Part shown: piece by piece, positions 1 to 10,443 of the stretch
Numbering within the stretch: position 1 is the first letter of the stretch
Layout of the letters: each line of letters begins with the position of its first letter
DNA from: an uncultured Fibrobacterota bacterium
Lineage (GTDB): Bacteria; Fibrobacterota; Chitinivibrionia; Chitinivibrionales; FEN-1185
Direction: 5' to 3'
DNA: 64,000 bases
Assembly (NCBI GenBank): GCA_963729895.1
Contig: CAVSQB010000016.1
Span: 32,001 to 96,000 of the forward strand
The notes under the pieces: generated by a model
The model's input: only the letters and a program-made list of their open reading frames with translations
What the model was told of the DNA's origin: nothing
Database searches by the model: none
Translations under genes and position numbers: made by a program

Positions 1-1937
1 CCCCGACGCATATCGCCGTCGACCACAATTGTTTTCAACTGCTGCTGGGCAAGGGCACATGCCAGATTGGCGGCGATGGTCGATTTCCCCGCACCCGGCT
101 CCAGGCTCGTGACAACGACGCTTTTTTCCCTAACGTCAAATAGCCTCAACATCATTTTTGTCCTTAGCGCCCTGAACACTTCCTTGGAAACGCCTTCTTC
201 GTCCTGGAAGATGGCGCTATGCACAGCGCCATTGTTTAGGTGCAAGCCGTTCCAATGTCCGTTGTGACCCGCTTTGCGCAAACCGTCGATCTTTGGGACT
301 CCTTCGAGCACCACGCTTCCCGTTTTAAGAACAAAGTCGTCTTCCGAATGTGCGGTCCTGTCGAAATAGTCGGCTACAAGCAACGGAAGAACGGTAAGCG
401 CAAGGGATACGACAACTACCAGACCGAGCATTTTGGGTAGGTTGACAGGCGGCGGTATCGGCGGCACCGCCTGGTCCATGACAAACACTTCGGCCACTTC
501 GCCGGTGTTAAGCACCTTTGCCTGGTTGTACCTGCTGAGTACGGTTGAATAGATGTCCGAAAAAATCTGGTGGCGCCGTTCGAGCTCGGCAAGCTGCAGT
601 TCCTTGCTCGGAAGGCTCTGGAGTTCGCTGTACATGGACTGAATGTCGGTGGTCTTTCCCGCAAGAGCCGACTGGGTTGACAAAATATAACTCTTGAGCG
701 ATCCTATGATGTCGTCGCTCAGTTTTCCCAGTTTCCGGGTGTTTTCCAATCGAAGCGGATGGTCGTCGGCGTAATTACGACCAAGGTCGCGGGCCTGAGC
801 GGTAAGATCGCTCAATTCTATTTGATAGGCGGACATGGAGGTAACGCTCTTTGCGGCGAGGAACGCCACGATCTCTTGCACGATGCCAAGCCTGTCGTCG
901 GTCGAGGCGGCCGAAGCCCTGGCAGCGAGTTCCTGGGCGTCCGCCAGAGACTTCTTTGCCTCAAACGCTCCCTTTTCCATCTGGCCCAATCCGCTTACGC
1001 GCTGCTTCACATCTTCCGAGAGTCCCACTGTCGGGTTGGCCGCGCGAAAGCTTCTCAGCATCTCGGCAGACGACGAAAGGTCGCGGCTCACGGCCTCCAG
1101 CTGTTTTTCCAGCGAGGCCACCACGCTGTGCGTTCGCGATGCCTTGAAACTGGCGTTCTTCTGAACAAACGCGTCGGCAATGGCGTTGGCAACTTCGGCG
1201 ATGAGCCGATAGTCGCGTCCCTTTACCGTCACGGCAATGTTCGACACCCCGCTGCGGGAGTCCGATTCCTTGACCGTCATTACGTCGAACAAATTCTCCA
1301 CCGCGTTTTGAATGGGCCTTATCCTGAACCCGAAATCGTGCGGTGCGGCGCGGAACGGCGGGCAAAATACGAGGCGCATGCCTTGCCCGTTGAGGGTCGA
1401 AAGATCGGATATTCTTCCCTTGTACACTTGTTCCGCGGATCCAAGCGGAATGATATCTTCAAGCGAGAGCCCGCTTCCTGACTCTTTCGCAAAATACACC
1501 ACGAAGGAATCTTTGTTCTTCTTGTCGATTGCGAACCGGTAGTCCCCCGCGATTGCCTGCGAATCGACAAGTACCGAGTCGAAAATCGACCCTCGATCGA
1601 ACTTCCGTACCGCAAGCTGAAGCGAAAGCGAGCGCACAATGTCCTTGAGAAACGTTCGGCTCAAAATGAGATCCGACTGTGCCTGCATCAGACCGCTTAC
1701 GTCCTTGATCGCCGTGAGGTCCGCGGTATTCTCCACCCCGATGATGGCCGTGGTCGATTCATCGTGACGCCTATTGATAAAAACGATCAGAGCCGCCAGA
1801 CAGATGCACGTTATGACGGCCCCGGAAATAAGCAAATACCATTTGGATCGCCACACCAAATGTCGGTAGTGCCGGATCCGCTGAATCGCCTCTCCCCTCT
1901 GCTGGCGTGATCGGTCAAGATGCGTGGCGGTTTGCAT
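1..1937 (-). CDS. Polysaccharide co-polymerase / BY-tyrosine kinase (Wzc/GumC-like), runs off the window edge
   Basis: Not in the ORF track because it has no stop in the window. ATG overlaps the upstream stop (TAATG). N-terminal TM (WYLLISGAVITCICLAALIVFI). In-frame BY-kinase motifs VVTSLEPGAGKSTIAANLA and VVDGDMRR near bases 1-120. Confidence 0.85.
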   Translation of the reverse strand, partial: MQTATHLDRSRQQRGEAIQRIRHYRHLVWRSKWYLLISGAVITCICLAALIVFINRRHDESTTAIIGVENTADLTAIKDVSGLMQAQSDLILSRTFLKDIVRSLSLQLAVRKFDRGSIFDSVLVDSQAIAGDYRFAIDKKNKDSFVVYFAKESGSGLSLEDIIPLGSAEQVYKGRISDLSTLNGQGMRLVFCPPFRAAPHDFGFRIRPIQNAVENLFDVMTVKESDSRSGVSNIAVTVKGRDYRLIAEVANAIADAFVQKNASFKASRTHSVVASLEKQLEAVSRDLSSSAEMLRSFRAANPTVGLSEDVKQRVSGLGQMEKGAFEAKKSLADAQELAARASAASTDDRLGIVQEIVAFLAAKSVTSMSAYQIELSDLTAQARDLGRNYADDHPLRLENTRKLGKLSDDIIGSLKSYILSTQSALAGKTTDIQSMYSELQSLPSKELQLAELERRHQIFSDIYSTVLSRYNQAKVLNTGEVAEVFVMDQAVPPIPPPVNLPKMLGLVVVVSLALTVLPLLVADYFDRTAHSEDDFVLKTGSVVLEGVPKIDGLRKAGHNGHWNGLHLNNGAVHSAIFQDEEGVSKEVFRALRTKMMLRLFDVREKSVVVTSLEPGAGKSTIAANLACALAQQQLKTIVVDGDMRR

Positions 1938-2596
1938 TACTTAGTCCCTCTGTAAGTCTGATACACATAGTAGACAGTTGCCGATGCTGCCAAAGCGGAT
2001 ACAGAAACGCTGATAATGGGAAGGACCCCGGTGGTGAATATTTCCCATCCGTCCCGCTTGGGGACGTGCGTAACCCAGAGTTGGTCCCCGGATTGAATCC
2101 CGATGGTTTTGAGAGACGCTCCCGACTGGATGGACGCGAGCAGGTTGTTGCTCACGGTCTGCCCGCTACGCTCCCATGTAATCTTCTTTATGCCGTCTTC
2201 CCGCGCCGGTCCTCCCGCCATTGCAATTGCTTCCCACAAAGACGCCGATGGGCTGATGTAAAAAAGCCCCGGCTTGGAGAATCCGCCCAGCAGGGAAAGA
2301 CGCATGAGAGGCAGCACCTGGACGGTGGGATACCGGAGAAACTGGAGATACACCGAGTTGAGATACAATGAAAAATTCCTCTCGGGCATGGTATCTATCT
2401 TCACTTTCCCCACAATGGGAAGAAACACGCAACCGTCGTCGTCGATATGATATATGCCATTGACGAAATGCAGGGAGTCCTGGAACACGGCTATGCGAAC
2501 CGCGTCACCTTTCGTAAATGGCCGCTCCGCACTTTGGGACAACGGTCCTTCGCCGTGCCAGCTTTGCGGCTTGGGCATACCGGAGGCGTTTCCCAA
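1937..2596 (-). CDS. Polysaccharide export protein (Wza/SLBB family)
   Basis: Poly_export-like GDAVRI...IDDDGCVFLPIVG, SLBB-like GGFSKPGLFY...EAIAMAGG; directly upstream of the wzc-like gene. True start probably further upstream (see findings). Confidence 0.8.
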   Translation of the reverse strand: MGNASGMPKPQSWHGEGPLSQSAERPFTKGDAVRIAVFQDSLHFVNGIYHIDDDGCVFLPIVGKVKIDTMPERNFSLYLNSVYLQFLRYPTVQVLPLMRLSLLGGFSKPGLFYISPSASLWEAIAMAGGPAREDGIKKITWERSGQTVSNNLLASIQSGASLKTIGIQSGDQLWVTHVPKRDGWEIFTTGVLPIISVSVSALAASATVYYVYQTYRGTK

Positions 2597-2825
2597 TGTG
2601 AGGGAGAATGGCTGGCCGGTATTCAGCTGCGATTGGGCAAAACCTTCACCTGCGCAAAACAGCAGGATTGCCGAACAGTACAGAAAGAATCGGGCGCTGT
2701 GCCCGACCGGCAGGAATATTCTTGGTTCGAAGCACAGAAGCCGTGCGTTATCTTGAGTGATCTTTCTGATGTCGCCCGCTCCAGTTGAGGAAAACGCTTC
2801 ACGTTATCTTCACGTGATATAGGTA

Positions 2826-2841
2826 TGCAATAGCTGTGCCG
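2826..2841 (-). promoter_or_regulatory. Sigma54 (-24/-12) promoter for the wza/wzc-like operon
   Basis: Minus strand CGGCACAGCTATTGCA, exact GG-N10-GC spacing, intergenic and correctly oriented. Confidence 0.65.
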
Positions 2842-3169
2842 CTCAATAGACTTATCCCGATCCGCATGGTTGTCGCGAAGAGATTTTGAAAAGAACCCGG
2901 GGCAAGATAGACAGCACCGATTAAGCAGTGCAAAGATAGAATTGCGGATTTATAGTAGTGCAAGAACAGATTTCGCACAACTGGAAAAGGGCTCTCAGAA
3001 GTGAGAATGGCAGTTGCCGCAAACGCGGTGGAATTCCGTCAGCAGGATTTGAATGTACAAGAGATGAGTCGGGAAATGTCAGAACGCGGGTTTTTCGTCA
3101 CGGATGAGCTACGGCAAGCCCTTTGGCACGAGTTTTGTGCTTACACCAATGCCGTAAAAGGGGACGATT

Positions 3170-4087
3170 ATGCCCAAAACGAGAAAAATCAGGAAAGTTC
3201 TTAAGGGTAAACCAACGCTCGAAGGCGCCGGGGTTCATTTGAAACGGGCTTTCGGAAACGACCACGTACCGGAATTGGATCCATTCCTCCTGCTCGACGA
3301 TTTTCATTCAAGCAATCCGGCTGATTACGTAAAGGGATTTCCATGGCATCCGCACCGGGGGATCGAAACCATTACCTATGTCTTGCATGGTGAGGTTGAG
3401 CATGGCGACAGCATGGGCAATACGGGTATAATTTCATCCGGAGACGTTCAGTGGATGACCGCAGGCAGCGGAATCGTCCATCAGGAAATGCCCAAGGGCT
3501 CAAAAAGCGGACTGATGTGGGGGTTCCAATTATGGGCGAATCTTCCCGCTTCGCACAAGATGATGCCTCCCCGGTATCGCGGCATTGTGCAAAGCCAAAT
3601 TCCGGAAGTCGTTTTGGAAAATGGCGTGAAAGTGAAAATAGTCTGCGGTGCGGCACACGGCGCGGTCGGGCCGGTGCGGGATATTGTGACCGATCCCGAA
3701 TACCTTGATATTTCTGTCCCTGCCGGCACGCTTTACACACGCAAAACACCCAAGGGACACACCGTATTCTCCTATATCATTGACGGTTGCGGATGTTTCA
3801 ATGATGAGCACGATCCCTACGCCTTTGAAATGAAGGGCAGCAACTACTTCGACATGTCCCGGGACTCGTTACTGCGCCGCGAATCTTTGGTGATCTTCGG
3901 CGATGGAGAGGAGGTCTCGGTTGCCACGGACAAAGAACCGATACGGTTCCTTCTGGTTTCCGGAAAACCAATCGGCGAACCGGTGGCGTGGTACGGTCCG
4001 ATCGTCATGAACACCGTAGACGAGTTGAAAACCGCGTTCAGGGAATACGAAGACGGAACATTTCTTAAGCATCAAGGCTCAGCATGA
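3170..4087 (+). CDS. Pirin family protein
   Basis: DPFLLLD, FPWHPHRGIETITY, VQWMTAGSGIVHQE, FQLWANLP, GPIVMNT motifs. Confidence 0.95.
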   Translation: MPKTRKIRKVLKGKPTLEGAGVHLKRAFGNDHVPELDPFLLLDDFHSSNPADYVKGFPWHPHRGIETITYVLHGEVEHGDSMGNTGIISSGDVQWMTAGSGIVHQEMPKGSKSGLMWGFQLWANLPASHKMMPPRYRGIVQSQIPEVVLENGVKVKIVCGAAHGAVGPVRDIVTDPEYLDISVPAGTLYTRKTPKGHTVFSYIIDGCGCFNDEHDPYAFEMKGSNYFDMSRDSLLRRESLVIFGDGEEVSVATDKEPIRFLLVSGKPIGEPVAWYGPIVMNTVDELKTAFREYEDGTFLKHQGSA

Positions 4088-4111
4088 CAAACCCAAACAA
4101 GGAGGAAGAAG

Positions 4112-4552
4112 ATGCCGGTTCGTAAAGCAGAAGCAGTGTGGAACGGGACTCTTGCAAAGGGAGCCGGAACCATGAGCGTGGGAAGCGGTGGCCTGACACA
4201 GGGCTATTCATTTTCATCACGGTTCGAAAACGGCAAAGGCAGTAATCCGGAAGAACTTGTGGGCTCGGCCCTGGCCGGCTGCTTCTCGATGGCACTTTCG
4301 ATGATGCTCGAACAGGCTGGTTTTCCGCCGGAACAGATTCATACGACGGCGCTTGTCCACATTGAGAAAGACGGAAGCGGATTTTCGATAACATCCATAG
4401 ACCTTGACACACAAGGGACCGTTCCGGGGTGCAGCGAAGAGGCATTCCAGACACAGGCAAACGCGGCCAAGGTAAACTGTCCCGTCTCAAAGGCGCTGGC
4501 CGGCACTGCAATATCCTTGCGTGCAAGGCTTCTGTCGCCGAAAGCTCACTAA
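4112..4552 (+). CDS. osmC: OsmC family peroxiredoxin
   Basis: SFSSRFE, NPEEL..ALAGCFSMAL, AKVNCPVSKAL (two catalytic Cys); RBS AGGAGG. Confidence 0.92.
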   Translation: MPVRKAEAVWNGTLAKGAGTMSVGSGGLTQGYSFSSRFENGKGSNPEELVGSALAGCFSMALSMMLEQAGFPPEQIHTTALVHIEKDGSGFSITSIDLDTQGTVPGCSEEAFQTQANAAKVNCPVSKALAGTAISLRARLLSPKAH

Positions 4553-4775
4553 CCCTCTCTCCGGGACAGGTACAGCCGTTCCCATCGAACATTGAGACGG
4601 CCCAGCCTGGCGAAAACAGGTTGAGGGAAACGTGCTACGGGAATATGTATTTTCAAAAGAAGAGTAGGAAACGCGGTGTACTCTTGCGCAACACGTCGGA
4701 TAAGATTGAATGTTGAGCGGGCCCCCGTGAGCCGATGAAGTAACCAGGCGACGATGACATTCGTGAGGACACAGT

Positions 4776-5045
4776 ATGCATCCAACTGAGCCACACAAGC
4801 TGCTGACCGATCTGCAGGAAGAACTGAAGCGAACCAGCTTTCCGGATCCTGCAACCAGAGAAAGGGTAATGAACCTTGTCGATCTTATTGACCGTTCCGT
4901 GGCACGGGAATCGGGAGTGGCTTTGAACCGCAATGAGCTTGTGCAGTCTCTCAAGGAGTCGTTGATGCACCTGGAGGTTTCGCACCCTGCAATCACTGCG
5001 GCCATCAACAACATTATAAACACCCTTAACAATATAGGAATTTGA
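4776..5045 (+). CDS. Small helical protein, DUF4404-like
   Basis: C-terminal LEVSHP.IT...NNIINTLNNIGI signature. Confidence 0.75.
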   Translation: MHPTEPHKLLTDLQEELKRTSFPDPATRERVMNLVDLIDRSVARESGVALNRNELVQSLKESLMHLEVSHPAITAAINNIINTLNNIGI

Positions 5046-5086
5046 CATTCTTGATTAAGAGTAATCATGAGAGGGCCGAGCATTCT

Positions 5087-5833
5087 ATGAGGACTTGCAA
5101 CATTGCGCTGCTGGGTTTCTTCTACGTTTTCTTCGCAACCGTGTCCCTCTATTCATGCTTTGCGCAGGATGGCGCCGGACATGCCAGGCTCCAAACCTTC
5201 ATTTCATATTACGAAGACGGAGAGTATCAAAAGGCCGCCGACAGCCTGGGAGCATTGCTGCCGTCCGTTGCCGGCGGCAGAGACGAGGTGGATGCGTACA
5301 AGTATCTCGGGTTCTCTTTTGCAATGCTCAACTGGGTCGACAAGTCCAAGGAAACTTTTAAGACCGCACTGAAGAAATTCCCGCGCATGGACATCGACAC
5401 GCTTGAGGTCCCGCCGAACATTGCCATCATATTCAGGCAGGCGAAGCTCGAGCGAAGGCTGGAAACCATGGATACCTTATCCATGCGAAAACCGGTTGTG
5501 GTGGTCGAGAGGAGAAATGTCGCGTTGCCCACGGTGCTTTTGTCCATTTCCATCGTGAGCGCGGTCGTGGGTGCGGAACTTTTCTACAACGGATTTCAGC
5601 AGTACCAGCAGTACAAGCAGTACAAGCCGCCGGCCAACACGCCGGACCAGAGCGTTCTGGACAAATACTACTCCAATGCGAGAAACTCTTATGTCGGCGG
5701 CGCAGCGTGCGCGAGTGTTACAGCGGTGCTTGTGCCGGTGTCGCTTTATTTGTTCCTGAAAAAAGAGCCACCCGCCAAGAAGATAAGGATTTCCTTTACG
5801 AACCGGGGCTCGTCGCTTGTCTGGTTGTTTTGA
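5087..5833 (+). CDS. Exported TPR-like protein with two C-terminal TM segments
   Basis: Signal peptide, TPR-like YEDGEYQKA/AYKYLGFSF helices, two hydrophobic stretches. ATG at 5087 preferred over TTG 5042. Confidence 0.6.
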   Translation: MRTCNIALLGFFYVFFATVSLYSCFAQDGAGHARLQTFISYYEDGEYQKAADSLGALLPSVAGGRDEVDAYKYLGFSFAMLNWVDKSKETFKTALKKFPRMDIDTLEVPPNIAIIFRQAKLERRLETMDTLSMRKPVVVVERRNVALPTVLLSISIVSAVVGAELFYNGFQQYQQYKQYKPPANTPDQSVLDKYYSNARNSYVGGAACASVTAVLVPVSLYLFLKKEPPAKKIRISFTNRGSSLVWLF

Positions 5834-5883
5834 TTGCAGGAAACGATTTCACCGCTATGAGGTCTCCAAATCTACGCAGCTTT

Positions 5884-7794
5884 CTATTGTTCGAGCTGAA
5901 TCTTGACCCGTGTCACCTCTCCCCTGGCAACATGCACGGTTTCTGAGAACGGCTTGAAACCCTCCCGCTTGAGGGTCACCTGGTGGTCACCCTCTGAAAG
6001 AGAGAGAGGCTTCGGCGTAGGAGTTGTACCCTGGAATGAGTCATCCACGTAGATATCTGCCCAAGGATACGAATGAACGTGAAGGAGGCCGACGCCTTTT
6101 TCCAGTTGCTTGAGAGAAATAGTGACGATCTGCGATGCATCGGCCCGGATCGTGATGGATGCGTTGTACGCTGCATATCCCTCGGCAATTGCATACACCG
6201 CATGAGGGCCCGCCGCAAGCCGCTTCCCGTGCGTCAACTCATCAAGAGGCGCCTTTCTTCCGTCAAGGAAAATGGCAGTCTGGGCCGGTTCCACTGCCGC
6301 TATCAGGATGCCGTATTTTGAATCTTGCCGGGAAGCTCCAAGCCTTCGCTCAACGGAATTGTCATGAGCAGACGCAGCCGCTCCAAGCGTGCGCGGCACG
6401 GTTTGGGCGGGCCTTCGCACGTTCGGAGCAATCGCGGTGAGTTCGTGCCCGAGAGCAGCGTATTCCGACAACATTTCTTTTCCCGTGTCCGAAGGCGCGG
6501 CCGGAGCAGCCTGACTATCACGCAGCGACGCACGCGCGACGCTCTCCTTATCACTCTTCTCCAAAAGGTTTCTTGAATCGATGGTCCGGTTCTTCTGCGA
6601 AAACATGATTGCCGGTGCCGCTCCCAGGGCCGCAATGCAAAGTATCCCAACCACAACTGCGGGAGCCTTGGAGAATCTTGACTTCCTGGATTTCACTCCC
6701 GGCGCCGGGCCCGCGTGCACCAGAATATCCCGCGGCGACAATCGTGGCGTTATCCGGGAGTTCTGCGAATGTCCCGCAAATTCCTGCGACAGCATATCAC
6801 GAAAACCGAATTTCTCCGCTTCTCTGAAGTGGATGTCGGACTTTACCTGGTCTCCGCCCGAAAGGCACTCGTTCCCCTTCTGCATATGATAGCTTGCAAG
6901 CAGGTTGTAGAGCTCAGCAGAAGCCGCTTCCTTATCACCGACGAATTTTTCTATTTCCTTCTCACTATCGCGAATTCCCAGATCGAAGAAGTAGTTCTCG
7001 AGTGATTCTATTAACGGCTCCAATGAGCCAAGCCGCCTTTTCGGGTCTTTTTGAAGGCACGATCTCACAGCTTCGGCGAGATCGTCCCTCATGGCAGGAA
7101 CGCGCTGCTGAATGTCCTGCTCCTTATCGTGAACAATTGAGTAGATAACCGTTCGCACGCTATCGGAGGCGAACGGAAGTTTTCCGCACAGCAGGCGGTA
7201 GGCAAGAACGCCGACTGCCCAAATATCCACCCGGATATCCTGTTTTGCGGTTCCGCTTGCCACTTCAGGGGCCATGTACCCCGGCGTAATGAATATGCTT
7301 GAGGCGTCCTTGTTGTCTGCGGCGTTGGAAACTGCCTGGGCCAGCCCAAAATCAAGTACTTTCACCTTGCCGGTTTTTGAAATCAGGATGTTGCTCGGTT
7401 TAACGTCACAGTGTATTGTCCCCTGTCGATGGGCGTACTCCAAACCCTTTACGGCTTGAAGCAAAACCATAAGCCCAATCTCGGTTGGAAACGGTTGCCA
7501 ATGCATGAGCTGCTGCAGGTCGGGACCGTCCACAAATTCCATTGAGATAAAAAAGGAGCCGTTGTCCGCGCCAAAATCGTATAACCGGATGATGTTATCG
7601 TGATCCAATGCTGCGGCGGACCTTGCCTCATTCTCAAACATCTTGATGAGTTTCGCGTCCTTGTGCAGATTGGAGGCCAGTTCCTTGATTATGACCTTTC
7701 TGCCAAGCGAAACCTGGGTGGCAATGTAAACATTACCCATTCCACCTTCGCCCACCTTACGGATATCCGAAAAATCTTTCAGCGAAAAAGCCAT
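5884..7794 (-). CDS. Membrane Ser/Thr protein kinase with C-terminal PEGA domains
   Basis: GEGGMGNVY, VIIK, HCDVKPSN, DFGLA, YMAPE, DIWAVG; TM around residue 385; PEGA-like HSYPWADIYVD..GTTP. Confidence 0.9.
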   Translation of the reverse strand: MAFSLKDFSDIRKVGEGGMGNVYIATQVSLGRKVIIKELASNLHKDAKLIKMFENEARSAAALDHDNIIRLYDFGADNGSFFISMEFVDGPDLQQLMHWQPFPTEIGLMVLLQAVKGLEYAHRQGTIHCDVKPSNILISKTGKVKVLDFGLAQAVSNAADNKDASSIFITPGYMAPEVASGTAKQDIRVDIWAVGVLAYRLLCGKLPFASDSVRTVIYSIVHDKEQDIQQRVPAMRDDLAEAVRSCLQKDPKRRLGSLEPLIESLENYFFDLGIRDSEKEIEKFVGDKEAASAELYNLLASYHMQKGNECLSGGDQVKSDIHFREAEKFGFRDMLSQEFAGHSQNSRITPRLSPRDILVHAGPAPGVKSRKSRFSKAPAVVVGILCIAALGAAPAIMFSQKNRTIDSRNLLEKSDKESVARASLRDSQAAPAAPSDTGKEMLSEYAALGHELTAIAPNVRRPAQTVPRTLGAAASAHDNSVERRLGASRQDSKYGILIAAVEPAQTAIFLDGRKAPLDELTHGKRLAAGPHAVYAIAEGYAAYNASITIRADASQIVTISLKQLEKGVGLLHVHSYPWADIYVDDSFQGTTPTPKPLSLSEGDHQVTLKREGFKPFSETVHVARGEVTRVKIQLEQ

Positions 7795-7915
7795 CTAACT
7801 CTTTCTCCACTGTGTAATTAAGACACGTCGTCTTGGACTCCTTCTCTTCAACCCGGGCGATGCGTATCTCTCGCCGGCGACATAACGATCATGATTGCCC
7901 TCACCTATATTGGTA

Positions 7916-7931
7916 TGCAATTGGCATGCCT
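7916..7931 (-). promoter_or_regulatory. Putative sigma54 promoter upstream of the Ser/Thr kinase
   Basis: Minus strand AGGCATGCCAATTGCA, GG-N10-GC. Confidence 0.5.
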
Positions 7932-8113
7932 TCAGCACCGGTTACATGCCGAAAATGGCTTGTGGCGAGCATAAACGGCCCGCATGTGGTTTGTGAGGGG
8001 AAAGCGAGGTGGGGTTCATCATGGAACGCCGGCACGCACGATAACTTCGAGCGCCGTCATGAGTGTCTACGCCGGGTACGTTGAGTGGAATACGGATGGA
8101 AATGGAAATTGAT

Positions 8114-8455
8114 TTACGGTGAAGATTGGTCCATCTTGTCAATTTTGGCAGCCAGGATGAAATCGTTGGCGGACAGACCGCCAACGGCATGCGTGGAAAG
8201 CTCCACAACCACCCTCTTGTAGAACACGAGTATGTCGGGGTGATGATCTTCCGCGTCGGCCAACGAGCCCACTCGCGAGACGAATTCGATGCCATCGAGG
8301 TATTTTTTAAACTTTGTTTCCTTTCGGAGCATGTGCGTTCCCTGACGCACAATTTCCCATCCGGAAAGTTCCTTGAAGTACCTATCTTCGTCAACTTCGG
8401 TCAAGGGCGGCGTACCGCCTTTACATGGAACACAATGTCTCTGGCTGAGGTTCAT
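8114..8455 (-). CDS. phhB: Pterin-4-alpha-carbinolamine dehydratase
   Basis: CVPCKGG, EDHHPDI, STHAVGGLSANDFILAAKID. Confidence 0.92.
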   Translation of the reverse strand: MNLSQRHCVPCKGGTPPLTEVDEDRYFKELSGWEIVRQGTHMLRKETKFKKYLDGIEFVSRVGSLADAEDHHPDILVFYKRVVVELSTHAVGGLSANDFILAAKIDKMDQSSP

Positions 8456-8499
8456 GTGCCTGCTCCTTTAAAGCCTTTGACAACCGCATCAATTGCACA

Positions 8500-8991
8500 T
8501 TAATATTCATCCTGATGATTCCATTCCGCATTTTCCAACCATTCGTTGGGATGTCGCTGGAATTCCATCATTTGATTGATAAGGCGCACATGGGTGTGTT
8601 CCTGGTGGATAATGAGCTTGAGTACCGTCTTCTGCTCCTCATTTGCCGTGCGGGCCTCGGCATCGTTGTAAAATGCTATACTTTTCTCCTCAAGGCTCAG
8701 CGCCTTTTTGTACGCGTCCTCGTGGTCGATTGCCGGTGTCCCTGCGGTCACGAAATTCCTGGAGATTTCTCGAAAAACCTCTACTGTTTTTCTCACCAGG
8801 TTTGTGTCCTCCACGGCAGGCGCCTTCACATTTCTCTTCCAGGCGCTGAATATGTCGTAGTGCCGTCTTTCTTCTCGCGCAAAAAACTCGAAAATGCCCG
8901 CGATCTGCCGAAGCGGGGTCCTTGCGGCAAGGTCCGTATAGAAGTCGATTCCTTCGGTCTCAATAGCCATCGCAAAATCCAGCATGTCCAT
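8500..8991 (-). CDS. Rubrerythrin/ferritin-like di-iron protein
   Basis: Duplicated E-x6-Y...ExxH pattern (ETEGIDFY/EERRH; EEKSIAFY/EHTH). Confidence 0.85.
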   Translation of the reverse strand: MDMLDFAMAIETEGIDFYTDLAARTPLRQIAGIFEFFAREERRHYDIFSAWKRNVKAPAVEDTNLVRKTVEVFREISRNFVTAGTPAIDHEDAYKKALSLEEKSIAFYNDAEARTANEEQKTVLKLIIHQEHTHVRLINQMMEFQRHPNEWLENAEWNHQDEY

Positions 8992-9012
8992 GGTGTAAGT
9001 CCTTTTGTTATG

Positions 9013-10329
9013 TCAAGGTGCCTTTGGAAGCGTAAAGTAAAAATGAGATCCCTTGCCGAGTTCCGATTCCACCCATATTTCTCCGCCGTGCGCATCTACA
9101 ATTTCTTTTGAGATTGCAAGCCCCAGCCCCATTCCTTTCATGCTCTTCCCGTTCGCCTTTGGGCTTGTCTTTGCTTTGTAATACTTCTCAAAAATCCTTT
9201 CCCGGTCTTCTTCCTGTATTCCGGGGCCGCAGTCCTTGACCCCGATTCGTACCGCACCGTCCTTTTCGACGGCGGAAACGGTTACGCTGCATTCCGGTCC
9301 GGTGTAGCGAACCGCGTTATCGATCAGGTTAATGAGAACCTGTTTGACCTTTTCACAATCTGCCATGACGGAAGCAACGTTGGAATCCGGCAAGGCTGCT
9401 TTCACGGTTACATTCGGCGGCGGCCGAAGCGAGTTTAAAACATCGCGTATCAGGTCGCACACGTTTGTTTCCTTCAGGTCGAATACGGCGCGTCCCTTCT
9501 CCAGTCTTGCAACGTCGAGCAGTTCCTCCAACATGTGATTGAGCCGCCGGCCCTCCGACAATATGATCCCCGCATATTTCTCGCGTTCGCCCTCGGCAAG
9601 AAAGATTTCTTTGGAAAGGAGGGTTTGGGCGAATCCGATGATCGTTCCGAGCGGAACGCGCAATTCGTGTGATGCAATAGATAGAAAATCGTTCTTTATC
9701 TTGTCGAGGGTCCTGAATTTCTCAATTGAAATCTCGAGTTCCTCCTGTTTTTCCCGGAGGGACTGGTTCGTTTGCATCAAATCTTTGTTGATTCTTTGAG
9801 CGATCGCCTCGGATTTCAGGCGTTCGGTAACATCGGCGATGGCAGTCCTGGCCCGCACGGGTCCGCCTGCCGGCCCTTTTACCAGCATCCCCGAAAGCAT
9901 GGCGGCAAACCGACCGCTGTTGCGTTTTGCAATCCTGAGCCCAATCGCCTGCGAAGAGCCGGAATCAAAGACCTGTTTGCAAAATGAATCGAAGGAATTC
10001 CGGTCGCATCGAACGACGAAGTCCGCAAATTGCATTTTGATAAGTCGGCTTCTGTCAACGCCGACCATGGATGCGAAGGCAATGTTCGCTTCGAGAATAG
10101 CGCCCTTCCTGTCGATTGAAAAATATCCCATCGGCGCGAAATCGTAGAGGTCCCGGAAATTCCTTCTGGACTTTTCGAGCACTTCCCGAATTCTGCGCAA
10201 TTCCCGGTTTTGCGCCTCAAGGTCATGTTGGTGCGCCTGCAAATCGGAAACCAGCCTGTCGAGGTTGCCTGCGGAAAGGCCAAGTTCTTCCCTCGGATCG
10301 GAACCTATTCTTTTTTCAGGTTTTCCCAT
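9013..10329 (-). CDS. PAS-domain sensor histidine kinase
   Basis: [22 protein letters not shown]-box, NLIDNA, DCGPGI, GMGLGL, GKGSHF. Confidence 0.92.
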   Translation of the reverse strand: MGKPEKRIGSDPREELGLSAGNLDRLVSDLQAHQHDLEAQNRELRRIREVLEKSRRNFRDLYDFAPMGYFSIDRKGAILEANIAFASMVGVDRSRLIKMQFADFVVRCDRNSFDSFCKQVFDSGSSQAIGLRIAKRNSGRFAAMLSGMLVKGPAGGPVRARTAIADVTERLKSEAIAQRINKDLMQTNQSLREKQEELEISIEKFRTLDKIKNDFLSIASHELRVPLGTIIGFAQTLLSKEIFLAEGEREKYAGIILSEGRRLNHMLEELLDVARLEKGRAVFDLKETNVCDLIRDVLNSLRPPPNVTVKAALPDSNVASVMADCEKVKQVLINLIDNAVRYTGPECSVTVSAVEKDGAVRIGVKDCGPGIQEEDRERIFEKYYKAKTSPKANGKSMKGMGLGLAISKEIVDAHGGEIWVESELGKGSHFYFTLPKAP

Positions 10330-10443
10330 TCAATCCTCGCAAACCCGAAATGCCGCGTCCGCACGGGATCCGCGCACGGCAACACTTCTTCCCTCCCCGC
10401 CCTTGGGAACAATCCGGAATGAAATGACAACGCACGGGCTGTG

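Noticed and set aside
3123..3140. Sigma54 promoter before pirin (TTGGCACGAGTTTTGTGC)
   Set aside because: Good -24 element but GT rather than GC at -12; left uncalled.
5597..5626. 9-bp tandem repeat AGCAGTACA/C
   Set aside because: Short coding repeat (QQYQQYKQYK); no sign of phase variation.
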